64,000 bases of DNA from positions 23,374,001-23,438,000 of the forward strand of contig OX597815.1 in NCBI GenBank assembly GCA_951406725.2, written 5' to 3'. Source of the DNA: Octopus vulgaris (Eukaryota). The translations under genes were made by a program, and so were the position numbers. Below are positions 1-13,035 of this stretch, piece after piece (position 1 is the first letter of the stretch; every line of letters starts with the position of its first letter). The notes below the pieces were generated by a model. The model did not search any database. It had not been told where the DNA came from and saw only the letters and a program-made list of their open reading frames with translations.

Positions 1-158
1 ATTGTCTTCCTCCAAGTGAAATGCTTTCAATATACACCTTTTCTATCTCCCCTGCTCCCTCCTTAATGTAACGGAGAGTAATTAACTGAGCTCTAGATCC
101 CTGGTTACTCTGAACTAAAGGGATCCAGCAAGATAAGAATAGAGGTTATATATGAATA

Positions 159-555
159 CTAGCAGCTAAGCCCGGTTTCGCCCGGTCTGTTTGGATGATG
201 TGGCTGTGATCGTTTTCGGTCAAGCATAATCTATAACAGCATTTGTCAACCTTATCATTTCGGGTCCCCTGTTTCGATTGGAGTCTCCAGCTATATGAAA
301 ATTTCTTGACCCCACCCCGTCAGAAAACAGCTCCTAAGCAACTAGTTGTTTTAATGGCAGAAGAAAGAGGGAAATTCCATTAGAAAAAGTTTTAATCGAT
401 TTTTTTCAGTATGGGGGTTAGGAAAAAAATACAAACTGCATTCCAATCTATGCACTTGTCTCCACATTTTCATGCAAATCCACCCAGCCGTTTAGCTGTG
501 AACCTCAAGACAAGAAAGAATAAGACGATCGCCCATATCCAATTTATATCATAGA
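159..555 (-). mobile_element. Short non-autonomous Helitron-like element
   Basis: On the minus strand begins A|TC and ends with a GC-rich imperfect hairpin (CCGGGCGAAACCGGG) then CTAG|T. Confidence 0.65.
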
Positions 556-593
556 TTAAGGACTCTGTAGTTGAAAAGAAAATTGAACTAAAT

Positions 594-980
594 ACTCTTT
601 ACTCTTTTACTCTTTTACTTGTTTCAGTCATTTGACTGTGACCATGCTGGAGCATCGCCTTTAGTCGAGCAAATCGACCCCAGGACTTATTCTTTGTAAG
701 CCCAGTACTTATTCTATCGGTCTCTTTTGCCGAACCGCTAAGTGACGGGGACGTAAACACACCAGCATCGGTTGCCAAGCAATGCTAGGGGGACAAACAC
801 ACACACATACACATATATACAACAAGCTTCTTTCAGTTTCCGTCTACCAAATCCACTCACAAGGCATTGGTCGGCCCGGGGCTATAGCAGAAGACACTTG
901 CCCAAGATGCCACGCAGTGGGACTGAACCCGGAACTATGTGGCTGGTTAGCAAGCTACTTACCACACAGCCACTCTTGCA
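594..980 (-). mobile_element. tRNA-derived SINE family A with (AAAAGAGT)n tail
   Basis: A-box TGGCTGTGTGG and B-box GGTTCAGTCCC on the minus strand, internal (CA)n; several copies in the window. Confidence 0.85.
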
Positions 981-1163
981 TAGATGCATAAAGATTATAT
1001 ATTTCATTCCTTCCATTTCACAAACAGAAAAGAAAAAGAATGGACTTCTGGCAAGATGATTTTTTTTCTCTTGCATTAAAAATGAATGACCAAAACTAAA
1101 ATCTTTTCATATGTTTTCTTATATTAATTTCCAATTGTTTTTTTTTTTTTTTTTTTTTTTTAG

Positions 1164-1635
1164 CATGGTCAGCCAGCATCTTTTCCTTCCTCACCAAATC
1201 ATTACAGTAGTAAAAACAATGATTTCATGACAGAATCAAAAGCAGGCCAAATAGAGGCAATGCCAGATATAAAGGAAATCAGGGTAAAAAGGAATATAGC
1301 AGAAGTATCACGAGCAACAGATATACCTGCAAATGCGCAACCATTTAATGCACAAGGAAATTTAATATCATCAACTGTATCTTATGCTTCAGCATTACTT
1401 GCCGCACTTGAGAATGGAACAAAACTCAATGATTCTGAACTAACAACTCCATTCAGTGCATCTCGGAATACAATGTTAATTAACACAACTGGAGAAGACG
1501 CTTCTTATGTAACAGCATCGACCAATGACACTGAGAATGTAACACAGTTTGACACACAAACACGATCAGTGAACACATCTGAAGAAACATCAACTCCATA
1601 TGTAACCACAACACCTTTAATAACTACGACTACTA
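1164..1635 (+). CDS. RPTP exon: Ser/Thr-rich mucin-like extracellular segment (HGQPASF...PLITTTT)
   Basis: Long poly-T tract + TAG acceptor at 1161-1163; open frame shared with ORF 1227..1673; six N-x-S/T sequons; GTAAG donor at 1636, phase 1. Confidence 0.8.
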
Positions 1636-2689
1636 GTAAGGAATTATTAGTTTTTCTCTTCATCTTTTTCTGATTGCTTGATAATTTGCGCAATATACCA
1701 CATGAAATATATCAGACATGTTCTCTGATATACTTACTCTCTAACTCTCTCTTTATCTATCTATCTTATCTATCTCTCTTTATATACATACTTACATTCG
1801 TACAACATACTATATATATATTATTGATCATGCATATGCAGTGTATGTGTTTTGTTTATGTGCCAAATTTGCTGCAAGATAGCATCTGGGAAAGCTCCCT
1901 ACACAATGTTGAGTGTCAGAGAACACCTGAATGGAATGTCACAGACCAGGTAAGACAACTTGCATCAGAATGAATCTGGGAGTGATAGATACTGATATTT
2001 CACCTTTATTGTGACTTATCAACACCACACACTCAGATCATCCCGAAACAAATAGCACAATTTATCAGTAACTGCTCTTTACAGCCGTACATCCCTATCC
2101 AGTATGCTTTCTGCTCTTCTTACCTAAGCCTTTTGCTCCCTGTGGAGCACAGATCATCAACGATTTTTCTCTCCATTGCTCTTGACTCTGGGTATCCTCT
2201 CCCAGTTCTTGAAAGTCGTTTTCAAATTGTCATCAATACTTTTTTCCAGGTAGGGATGTCAACCCTACACAAACCTGTTTTTATGACTGGGAAGAGGTGG
2301 TCTATATCCCTTACCTGTCCATCTTTTGACCTTTCTAGCATGAGAGACCCTATCAGGAGCTTGCACTCCACTGGCATACCTCTCAGGGTCATTGAGGCAC
2401 GCAAATCACCACATAGCAACAAGGACTGGATCTTATGGTGACTTCTGATACGATATTATTCTCAAGGTGAATAACCAGCTTATTTTAGAGTATAGATGTG
2501 AGGGACTTTGTATAATGTTGACCAGCAAATTATGGGACTCTAGTTCATTTGGCATTCCTGGTGTTTTTGTTTTAAGAATTAATGTTCACTCAGTAGACAT
2601 TTAGATGTTCATCTTGATTTCTCACGAGTTCAATAAATGCAACTGCTACAGATTCATTTCAGGGGATTTCGCCATGAATAATAATGATC

Positions 2690-3970
2690 ATGATGACATT
2701 GGTACGTGTACAAATGAAAGATAAGATTAGGAATGAATATTATAGACAAATTAGATTAGTACTTAAAGGTGGTCCACTGTTTCAATCTCATCATTGCAGA
2801 ATTAGCACTTTGGAAATACTACAATTTTCATCACATTGACTTGGTATTTCCATGTCAGTAGGCTTTGATCTTGAGTCGCTAAAATGATGCCTTTGCTCTC
2901 TGCCTTTGGCCCTGAGCTCTGTAGCCACTTACATGTATGCTTCTGGTCAACATCAGCTTGTTTGCTATGGGCCACATATTTGCCATCTAGAGGTTTCTGC
3001 TTCTGCCTTATAAGCCAGTTGTTCATGTGCTTTTTTCCTTGCTATTAATTTCACCTTCTTTGCGGTATCAGTTACTGCACTTCTCTCCTCCTGTTCAGCC
3101 TGGGTATCATACTTGAACTCAATTATTATTATTATTATTATTATTATTGAGTGAGAGAGCAGCACATGCCATCAAAGTGACACTGGGGTACAAATATATG
3201 AAGCCCAATATGCCCATAATGATGACTACCCATCTGATAAGGCTAAAATAGAGCTCAATGCCAAAAAGAAAAAACAAGATAATAGGTATCAACACTCTCG
3301 CTGTCCCAGTTATAAGTTACAGTTACAATATTTTCATTGGACACTAAGTGAACTAGCCAAACTAGGCAGGAAAACAAGAAAAATAATGATGGAATTTAGA
3401 ATACACCACCTAAAATCTGACATAAAAAAGTTATATACACAACGAACTGAAAGTGGTAGAGGCCCTATATAACTAAAAAATTACTATAATATCCATCATA
3501 AGACTACAGAGATATCTTTTTCAGAACCAAGGAAAACTGCTACGAGTAATCTCAGAGCATGAGTAAAGTAAAAAGGAAAAACAACAAAAGGTGTAAAGCA
3601 ACTAAAATTTAAGCTAAAACTCAAACTAGAAAATATTATGATAAAACAATGGCAAGAGAGAAATGCATGAGGGAAATGCAGTAACTAATATTACAAAGAA
3701 GGTGAAATTAATGGTGAGGAATAAGTGCATGAACAATTGGTTGATAGGCAAGAAGAGAAACCTTTGCAAGGCAAATATGTGACCCATAGCAAACAGGCTG
3801 ATATTGACCAGAAGCACATGTATCAGTGGCTAAAGAGCTCAGGGTCAAAAGCAGAAAGCAGAGGCATCATCTTAGCTGCTCAAGATCAAAGCTTGCTGAT
3901 CCGGAACTACTAAGCCAATGTGATGAGAAATGGAATAGATCCAAAGTGCTAAAATTCTGGCAATGAGGAT
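2690..3970. mobile_element. Degenerate R4/Dong-like non-LTR retrotransposon fragments: + strand piece with an inverted paralogous piece at ~2770-3120
   Basis: ORFs 3725..3913(+) and 2802..3026(-) are paralogous (GKYV.HSKQAD.DQK..WL.SSG.KAES.GIILA.QDQSLL), typical of the post-RT region of RLE-type LINEs. Confidence 0.65.
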
Positions 3971-4844
3971 TAACTCTGGATTTCCCCCATATAGTTCATG
4001 AACTTAGTGGGTTTAGATTTGCGATACTATCCCTTTATTTCCCATCATAGATGGGCAAATTTGCTATCTTACTACAATGGGTGGTATGTCCATCTGTCTT
4101 TCTGTCTGTCTCTTTGTTCCCTCTTCCTGGCCAGACAGCTGGACTAATGGTTACGACATTTTTCGAGATTACAAAGAGAGTCGTCAGGAAGGTTTTTAGC
4201 ATTAAAAAATCAGAAAGTATGATTATTTTGTGGATATCGATTTTTGAATTGATAAACCACTTTCACATTTTTATTAAAAATTCACAAACTACGAATAACT
4301 CAGGATTTTCATTCCACTGAAATAAGGTGTCTTGCTCAAGAACACAACACAGCCTAGTCCAGGAATCAAACTCACTACCTTATGGTTGTGAGCCCAACAC
4401 TCTTACCACTGAGCCATGCAATATATATAGTTAATCCGACAGCATAACCTAAACTAAGATGAAATTTACCAAGAATGAGGAAAAACCTCATCAGGTGCAT
4501 GGTGATGCTGTCATGATAAAAACACACACATGCATTACCTTACCTCAGTTTATGAGACACCTGAATTTACACAGAAACTCTAGTGATAACAATATAAATG
4601 AGGCTGAACCTTTAAGGGAAGGCCTTTTGCTTGGCAGTTGTTTAGTATGGATGCAGGCTAACATCAGTTGTTATTCTAAGACAGCATCAGTAATTAACAG
4701 AATAACGAAGCGGAAATGGACAAGTGAAGGTCACAGGGTAGTGATGTAGTGCTACATGGAAAGTGAACCCAAAGTAAAAGGTTACAGGAAGTATATGTTA
4801 GCACCTTTTTTAAAGAAAGGTATGACCAATGGACCAGGCTAATA

Positions 4845-5066
4845 CCTATTTCTTTATTACCCACAAGGGGCTAAACATAGAGGGGACAAACAAAGACAGA
4901 CATAGGTATTATGTCGATTACATCGACCCCAGTGCGTAACTGGTACTTAATTTATCGACCCCGAAAGGATGAAAGGCAAAGTCGACCTCGACGGAATTTG
5001 AACTCACAACGTAACGGCAGACGAAGTACCACAAAGCATTTCGCCCGGCACGCTAACGCTTCTGCT
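4845..5066 (-). mobile_element. Short SINE-like family B (GGCGGCGAGCTGGCAGAA...GAGTTCAAATTCCGCCGAGGTCGAC)
   Basis: B-box-like GAGTTCAAATTCC; related copies at 13896, 22066, 46365, 47840 and 62900-63320. Confidence 0.75.
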
Positions 5067-5249
5067 ATTAGGAGAAATAAGTGGATGACTGAATTGGAGG
5101 TAGAAGATATCGCAAGACAATTAAAAAAAGAAAGACCAAGAAGTAGAACAGCTAAACAACACAAACCAGGATGAAACAAGATGCATAAGTGATATAGTTC
5201 AAGTCAAGGAAGAGCCTACAAGAAAAAATAATAGTCCTACCAATCAGGA

Positions 5250-8120
5250 AGGGAAAACTGACTCCGGTGACTAAAGATTTTAGGTGAGTCGAAAGAAGTA
5301 ATGAGAAGAAAGCAAAAGATTACTAGAATTAAAAGGTGTTAATAAAAGGAAGTTACTTGATATTATTATGAAAGTAGATACTATAGATATAGATGACTCT
5401 AACTTATTGAGCTATGCAGCAGGTGTGGTAGTTACTAGAAGACTAGGTATTCCACGAGGAAAGAATAGGAAGGAGCAGGTGCAGACAAGGAAATTACAAA
5501 ATAAAGTGAATATTTTAAGCCAAGATCTGAGTAGAATAGAAGCCTAGGAACAGGACAAGGTGGGAAATACAAGATTTAAATCTTCTCTTAAGAAAACATA
5601 CTTAGTTAAAGAGAAAGGGTTTAGGATAGTCGTGGAAGAGTTGAAACAATGTATCATAGCAGTATCTAGTAAGCTTTCCAGATATCAGAAAAGAATAGAT
5701 CAGTATCAACAGAATAGATTGTTAGAGACAAACCAGAGGAAATTTTATTGCCAAGTAAATAGTGTAGAAGAAACTACTGAGGATGAGGAACCTAATGTAG
5801 AAGAAACTAGAAAGTTCTGGAGTGATATTTGAGATAAACCAGTTGATCATAATGAGGATGCAACATGGTTAAAGAAAGTGAGGGAAGAAATGGTTAGCGA
5901 GAAGTGGACAGATCTAAAACTAACTAGTGCTTTAATGAATAACATGTTAGGAAGAATGCTGAATTGGAAGGAAGAGCACTGGACCAGATTTAGTTCAAGG
6001 ATATTGGTTAAAGATATTTAGAAACTTATATGGTAGAATGAGAGAACAGCTTCAGGATTGTTTGAATGGAGGAGTCATACCTATCTGGATGACTGGAGGG
6101 AGAGAGTACTCCTTATAAAAGACAAAAGTAAGGGAAATATAGCTAGTAATTATAGACCAATAATTTGCTTACCATTAGTGAGCAAAGTGTTAACAGGAAT
6201 GCTCTCATGAAGCATTTCTGAACATCTTGACAGACAGAATTTACTTCCAGAAAAAACAGAAAGATTGCAGGAAGAAGGCTAGAGGAGTGCATGATCTATT
6301 ATACATAGACAAAGCAGTTCTAAAAGAAGTGAAATCAAGAAAGAAAAATTTTATTATGGATAGATTATAAGAACACCTATGACATGATTTCATGTTCATG
6401 GATAAGCAAATGTTTGAGTATATTCAATATTACAGATAACATAAAAGATTTAGTTAGCTATAACACAAAAAAAATGGAAAGTAGACCTTTACTCAGGTCA
6501 TACAACCTTAGGGAAAGTTAATATCAAGAGAGGTAATCTTCCAAGGAGACTCATTGTCTCCTTTGATATTTATGTTACCTTTAACCACCCCTCAATTTAG
6601 TATTAAGAAAGGCAAAGGCTAGGTATCAGTTCAGAGATAGTAAAGGAAACATTAGCAATTTGCTCTACAAGGAGTATTTGAAGCTTTTTAGTAAGAATAA
6701 AAAGGAGACAGATTCTTTAATAAAAACTGTAAGACTCTTTAGCAAAGATATAAGCATGGAATTTGGCATAGATAAGTGTGCAATATTAGTCATAAAATAA
6801 GTAAAGGTAGTCAGTAGTGAAAGCATTCAAAAACCAGATGGCCAGAGATTAAAATCATTGAAAGGGGTAAGTTATAAGCATCAAGGAGTATTAGAATCTG
6901 ACAGAATACTAACTATAGAAATGAAAGAGAAAGTTGATAAGAAGTACGTCAGAAGGGTGAGGAAGTTAATGAAGTCAAAGCTAAATGGTCCGAATCTGGT
7001 GAAGGCTGTAAATATTTGGTTCAGCATCCTTACTTAGATATTCAGCAGCTTTTGTAGATTGGACAAGATCTGAATTAGCAAATCTAGACAGAAGAATGAA
7101 TTCAATATGAATGGAGGTGCAGGAGTGGCTGTGTGGTAAGTAGCTTGCTAACCAGCCACATGGTTCCAAGTTCATGCCACTGCGTGGCATCTTGGGCAAG
7201 TGTCTTCTGCTAGAGCCTTGGGCCAACCAATGCCTTATGAGTGGATTTGGTAGACATATGTATATATGTGTGTGTGTGTTTGTGTTTGTCCCCCTAGCAT
7301 TGCTTGACAACCGATACTGGTGTGTTTACGTCCCCGTCACTTATCGGTTCGGCAAAATAGACCGATAGAATAAGTACTGGGCTTACAAAGAATAAGTTCT
7401 GGGGTCGATTTGCTCGACTAAAGGCGGTGCTCCAGTATGGCCGCAGTCAAATGACTGAAACAAGTAAAAGAGTAAAAGAGAGGAGTAGCAAGATTCTATT
7501 TACCTAGAAAGAAAGGTGGTAGAGGTTTAATATCAGTAGAAGACTGTGTGGAGCTAGCTAGAGTGGATATAGCTTCCTATGTAGGTAATAGTGACAAAAT
7601 TTTAGTGTAACAGTAGGAGATAAGGAAACCAAAAAACCAAATGTCAGTAAAAGCCATAAAAAAGAAGCAAGATTATCTGACTGATAAGAGAAAGCTTTGC
7701 ATGGTAGATTTCTAAAAATAGTTGCAGAAAATAATAATAGTGAAACATGGTTGTGGTGGTAGAAAGGAAAGCTAAAAAGAGAGACAGAAAGTTTGTTAAT
7801 TGGAACATAAGATCAGGCATAGAGGAATAACTGAATAAAAGCTAAGATAGATAAAAATCAGGTAAATTCTCTATGTAGGTTACATAAATTAAAGGACGAA
7901 AGTGTAACTTATATAGTTAATGAATGTAGTATGCTAGCACAAAAGGAATGCAAAAAAGTATGACAACTTAGGGAGAATAATCCATTGGAAGTTATGTAGA
8001 AAGCTAGAAAATGACCATACTGATAAGTGGTACAAATGTGAACCTAGTCAAGTGCTAGTAAGTAAGAAGTATAAGATTTTGCAGAGTTTTAAGATTCATA
8101 CTGACAGAGTAAATAAACTT
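5250..8120 (+). mobile_element. Degenerate R4/Dong-like LINE (RT region and CCHC knuckle region), interrupted by a SINE at 7113-7480
   Basis: Translatable remnants NYRPIICLPL, FQGDSLSPL and KIL.SFKIHTD; many stops and frameshifts. Confidence 0.75.
7113..7480 (+). mobile_element. SINE family A copy nested in the LINE
   Basis: Reverse complement of 594-980. Confidence 0.85.
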
Positions 8121-8124
8121 AGTA

Positions 8125-8815
8125 AACTTGTAGAGTAGGATATGGCCTAGTCACCAGTATAGTTAATCAGATTGTCCCCTTGTAAGTCATACCCAACAAC
8201 TGGTGTAGCAACATTATAGTCAACTGTTACAAAGGTAAAGATGATGCTTTAGACAGAAATAATTACAGAGGTATCAGATCGCTGGACCAAGTGATGAAAG
8301 TTACAGAAAGGATCATAGCTCAACTAATTAGGAAGAGGGTTAGTCTAGATGAGATGCAGTTTGTGTTTGTGCCTGGAAGGAACACTACTGATGCTATCTT
8401 CTTGGACTAGCAACTGCAGGGGAAGTATTTAGCCAAAAATAAACTTCTGTACTTGGTTCTTGTCAACATGGAGAAATCCTTGGGTGGGGACACTGACTCT
8501 CTTATCTGGTGGGCAATGCTGAAGCCAGGAATAGATGAGTGGTTGGTGAGAGCTGTACAGGCCATGTACAGGATGGAGTCTGAGGTGAAAGTCGGCAATG
8601 ATATTAGCTTGGAATTTAGTGTATAGTTAGGAGTTCACCAAGGATTGGCTCACAGACCCTTCTTGTTTATCATAGTTCTCTAGGCCATAACAGAGGGATT
8701 TAAAACTGGCTGCCCACAGGAGCTCTTCTACACCGATGACCTTATTCTTATAGCTGAATGATGACCAGAACTAGGGAAGAAATTACAGGTGTGGAACAAG
8801 GTCTGGGATCAAAAG
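8125..8815 (+). mobile_element. RTE-clade LINE RT fragment, truncated at the exon-cassette junction
   Basis: Colinear with the RTE copy at ~37260-37946 (GRNTTDAIF, LFYTDDL, W.QGL.SK). Confidence 0.8.
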
Positions 8816-9659
8816 GCTAGAATAGAGATAACAGACCGCCAGCGGAATCTATTGTTCTCAACAATATCTCTATCCTTCTGGCTAGTTTTGGATAGTTATA
8901 AAAACAAGAACTCCGTAAGCCAAAGCAGTTAGTGAGAGCGACTGACAGAGAGGCGGCTGACCAGCTCAAACAAAATACTGTCTCTACTGAGATAACTTCA
9001 GAGAGTGACAACAATGTAGAAAGTGTCTCATCCCACACTCTCTCATTTTCATTAGCTCCCTTTCTTTTCTCTGCAACATCACCATATCTCTATATATATA
9101 CTACTTTGTGTACACTCATATACAGGCCAAAATTAACTCTTTTTACCTTGCATGCTTTACAAACTGTGTTATACTATTACACTAGCCTACCTGTTGTGGT
9201 ATGGTAGATATTAAAGTAACGGTAAATAAATATTTCTTTACAACCACTATCACTGTTCTCTTCCATCTTGCATACTGGCAACCAACACCTTAACAACGAA
9301 CCGTTACACTTTCTTGAGTGTTTTCCAGTGTAATTTTTCTTTATATTTTCAGTTTGTTTTGTTACCCTCCAACACATTTTGATCATAAACATTCTTGTTA
9401 AACTTGAAACTTTGATGCATGTTCTCCCAAAATGTACCTAATTCATTTTTAAAGAAAGAAATCTTTTGATATCTTCCTAAAATTATGAATAATAAATATA
9501 ATAACAATAATATATTATCATAAGAGAAAATCTAATAGCATTATCTAACAATTCAGAAATGCATTATTTCTGTTGTTGAGTTCCATAAATTTGAATATAA
9601 TAATTATTATAAGTTGGTGTACACAGTTTAATTTTTATAATTAATGTGTTTCATTGCAG

Positions 9660-9782
9660 AATCGGCACTTAATGAGAAATGTGAAAGAGATACATCCTGC
9701 ATAGATGAATTTGCCATTTGCAGAAATCAAAAGTGTGTCTGTCAAGATGATTATTTTGAAGATGAATCTAAGTGTAAAAAAA
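9660..9782 (+). CDS. RPTP exon: 6-Cys EB/EGF-like module copy 1 (SALNEKCERDTSCIDEFAICRNQKCVCQDDYFEDESKCKK)
   Basis: TTTCATTGCAG acceptor, GTAAGT donor, 123 nt phase 1-1, C-x5-C-x6-C-x4-C-x-C-x10-C. Confidence 0.85.
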
Positions 9783-9864
9783 GTAAGTTAAAAACAACAG
9801 AACTTTGACATTGAACTATAAAAAGGATTACAATTACTCTTAGAAATAATTTTAAAAAAATAGA

Positions 9865-11080
9865 GGTGTAGGTAGAAACTCTATAAGATGTACCCAGTGT
9901 AAGCTATGGACACATAAGAGGTGCAGTAATATCAAGGGAAGGCTAATTGAGAAGATAGTTTTTGTATGTGGCAGATGCTCGGGAGCGATAAACACTGAAA
10001 ATGTGCAGAGACCAACTTCTGCCACATTCCAGGGAGAAAAACTAGAAGTAGTTGATAGCTTCCGTTACTTAGGGACCAAGTCAGTAGCGGAGGCGGGTGC
10101 ACTGAAAGTGTAGCTGCTAGAATAAGAATAGCTTGGGCAAAGTTCAGAGAGCTCTTACCTCTGCTGGTGACAAAGGGCCTCTCACTCAGAGTAAAAGGTA
10201 GACTGTATGACACTTGTGTATGAACAGCCATGCTACATGGCAGTGAAACATGGGCTGTGACTGCTGAGGTCATGTGTAAGCTCGCAAGGAATGAAGCCAG
10301 TATGATCTGATGGATGTGTAATGTCAGTGTGCATACTAGACAGAGTGTAAGTACCTCGAGAGAAAAGTTGGACCTAAGAAGCATTAGATGTGATGTGCAA
10401 GAGAGACGACTGCGCTGGTATGGTCACGTGGTGAGAATGGATGAGGATAGCTGTGTGAAAAAGTGCCACACCCTAGCTGTTGAGGGAACCTGTGGAAGCA
10501 GTAGACCTGGGATGAAGTGGTGAAGTACGACCTTCGAACTTTAGGCCTCACCAAGGAAATGACTAGCGACTGAGACTTTTGGAAATATGCTGTGCTTGAG
10601 AAGACGCGGCAAGCCAAATGAGACCATAATCTGTGGCTTATGCCAGGAGCGTCACCAGCCCGCTTATGCATACCTTTTCCTTCTTTGGTCACTAAACTCT
10701 GCTTGCGAAGACCTGTTGAGGCAAGTGAAATCGAAATCAAAATCAAAATCAAATTCGATGACTGGCATCCGTGCTAGCGAGGTGCAAAGAGCACCATATA
10801 AGGGTGATCGTTGACAGAGCGGCTAACCGGCTTCCGTACCAGTGGCACATAAAAGGGCACCATTTGAGTGTGATCGTTACCAGCATCGCCTTACTGGCAC
10901 CTGTGCTGGTGGCATGTGTAAAAAGATTCGAGCGAGGTCGTTGCCAGTACCACCTGACTGGGTCCCGTGCTGGTGGCACGTAAAAAGCACCCACTTACAA
11001 TCTCAGAGTGGTTGGCATTAGGAAGGGCATCCAGCTGTAGAAACTCTTCCAGATCAAGATTGGGGCCTGGTGCAGCCATT
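9865..11080 (+). mobile_element. RTE-clade LINE 3' part plus 3' UTR repeats (duplicated at ~18019-19230)
   Basis: GVGRNSIRCTQCKLWTHKRC and ERRLRWYGHVVRM motifs; GTGGCACGTAAAAAGCACC repeats. Confidence 0.85.
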
Positions 11081-12650
11081 TGAGTAATTTCCCAAAAATC
11101 AGGGTTTTTATAACTACTCATATCCGAATTCTAAGAACTGTATTTCGTGAAAGATTTCTTTTACGAAAGTTTAGAATTCATATATGGGCAGTAATTTTAA
11201 CCATTGGGATACCAACAATTGTGCTTGTTCGGGCAAACGAACATTATGTAATATTGCCACCTTTTATGACTTGCTACATAGGTATAATGTACATATACCA
11301 CATTATGAGACTATGAGGTAATATATGTGAAATTAAGTTCCTATTTCTTGCTAATCAATCTGTATTGTTGACTTGTCGAGTAATACATTCAAAGTGTTTG
11401 TGAAAGAGACAATAAAATGAGTTTAGATTGGAATAACTGAAGACTGAAGGTTGTTTTTCATATATTAACCATAAAATTTAATTCTTCAAGTTCTCTTAGG
11501 AAGATGAAAGTGCATTAATGTTTGTTGGGAGGAAGGTGAGAGTGGGAGAAATGTGAGAGTAGGAGGATGGTAAGAGTGGGAGGAAGGTGAGTGAATGCCA
11601 CTGATCAAACTGCTTGCAAAGCAGTGAAAAGAACAACAATTATGATGCCACTACCTACAATGGTGATGATGGTGGTTAAGATGGTGTATCATACTGTATA
11701 TTAAAAAGATGGTGGTGTTTCAGTATACAGTACAGTATGTGTAGCATAATTTTAACTATTATTAGAGCACTAGTGTAGCTAGAGGGGAACAGAGGGTTTG
11801 TCTTCCCTGTACAGCACTTTTATGGGTGTGGTGCCACTTTTGGGTCTGCTGTAGGCAATATGTACTTTTTGTGACAGCCCAGGTATGGCAGACTGAAGGG
11901 CCACCCTGGATGGCAGACACGCTAGCTACACTATTGTATTAGAGTGGTGCATTGGTAGAGTGGCAGTACATCAGCCTTTGATATTTAGTTGCATATCTTT
12001 ACATTCTGAATTAAAATCTTCCCAAGATCAGCTTTACGTTTCATTTTTCTAGAGTCAATAAAATAAGTTCCAGTATTCTGCTGAACCTAGTATAAGCAAC
12101 AGTCCCTTTTCCTCATAAATATGTGGTCCTTGTGTTTCCATTATGAATGATAATTTAAATTATCAGCTAATGAGATGTGATTTATACTTTAGTTTAACTG
12201 CTCACCTCTACACATACATATGTAGCAAACCTAGGTATTCTCTGTGTCTCAACGTGATCCTGGTGCTAAACTTACAGCCATCCTAGGCTGCATCCAGAGA
12301 AACACAACCTGAATGATTGGTATGAAGTCACTCGTAATACTCCAACCTCTGGCTCATTGACATGCCGTCTCCTCTCTGCATTATCTACCACTGCTACAAT
12401 GACCTCTGCTGTCAGAACCGACAGATCTTGTGTTACTTCCATTCAGTCTTTCCTCACTTACCTCTTCCACTCTCATTACCCATAATATGTCTCCACAGGG
12501 TTCATATTAATTACTTTACCAATTCCTTTCTTGCTGAAGCGTTGGCACTCAGGAATTCTGTCCCTGTTCATGTTTCTTCTGTAGCTGTTGTCTTAAAATT
12601 GTTCAAGAAGAATATCATATGTATCTCACTAGTCTGAGAGGGGCTACTAT

Positions 12651-13035
12651 GGAGGCGCAATGGCCCAGTGGTTAGGGCAGCAGACTCGCGGTCATAGGAT
12701 CGTGGTTTCGATTCCCAGACCGGGCGTTGTGAGTGTTTATTGAGCGAAAAACACCTAAAGCTCCACGAGGCTCCGACAGGGGATGATGGTGATCCCTGCT
12801 GTACTCTTTCACCACAACTTTCTCTCACTCTTACTTCCTATTTCTGTTGTACCTGTATTTCAAAGGGCCGGCCTTGTCACTCTCTGTGTCACGCAGAATA
12901 TCCCCGAGAACTACGTTAAGGGTACACGTGTCTGTGGAGTGTTCAGCCACTTACACGTTAATTTCACGAGCAGGCTGTTCTGTTGATTCGGATCAACCGG
13001 AACCCTCGTCGTCGTAACCAACGGAGTGCTTCCAT
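12651..13035 (+). mobile_element. tRNA-derived SINE family C (GGAGGCGCAATGGCCCAGTGG...GGTTTCGATTCCC)
   Basis: A and B boxes; copies at 20801-21198 and 52782-53163. Confidence 0.85.

Noticed and set aside
772-1076. Recurrent short ORFs such as MPSNARGTNT...RLPNPLTRHWSARG (also at 6981, 44026, 55780)
   Set aside because: Chance translations of SINE family A copies, not a gene family.
1636-1673. Hydrophobic end of ORF 1227..1673 (LLVFLFIFF) as a TM or GPI signal
   Set aside because: It lies past a GTAAG donor whose phase matches the next exon, so it is most likely intron read-through. An intron-retained short isoform cannot be excluded.
8932-9207. ORF MRATDREAADQLKQ... repeated three times
   Set aside because: Repeated only because of the segmental duplication; non-ATG start, no recognisable domain, no convincing splice sites.
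12651-12725. tRNA-like sequence
   Set aside because: It is a SINE head followed by a conserved ~300-bp body in three copies; no proper cloverleaf or terminator.
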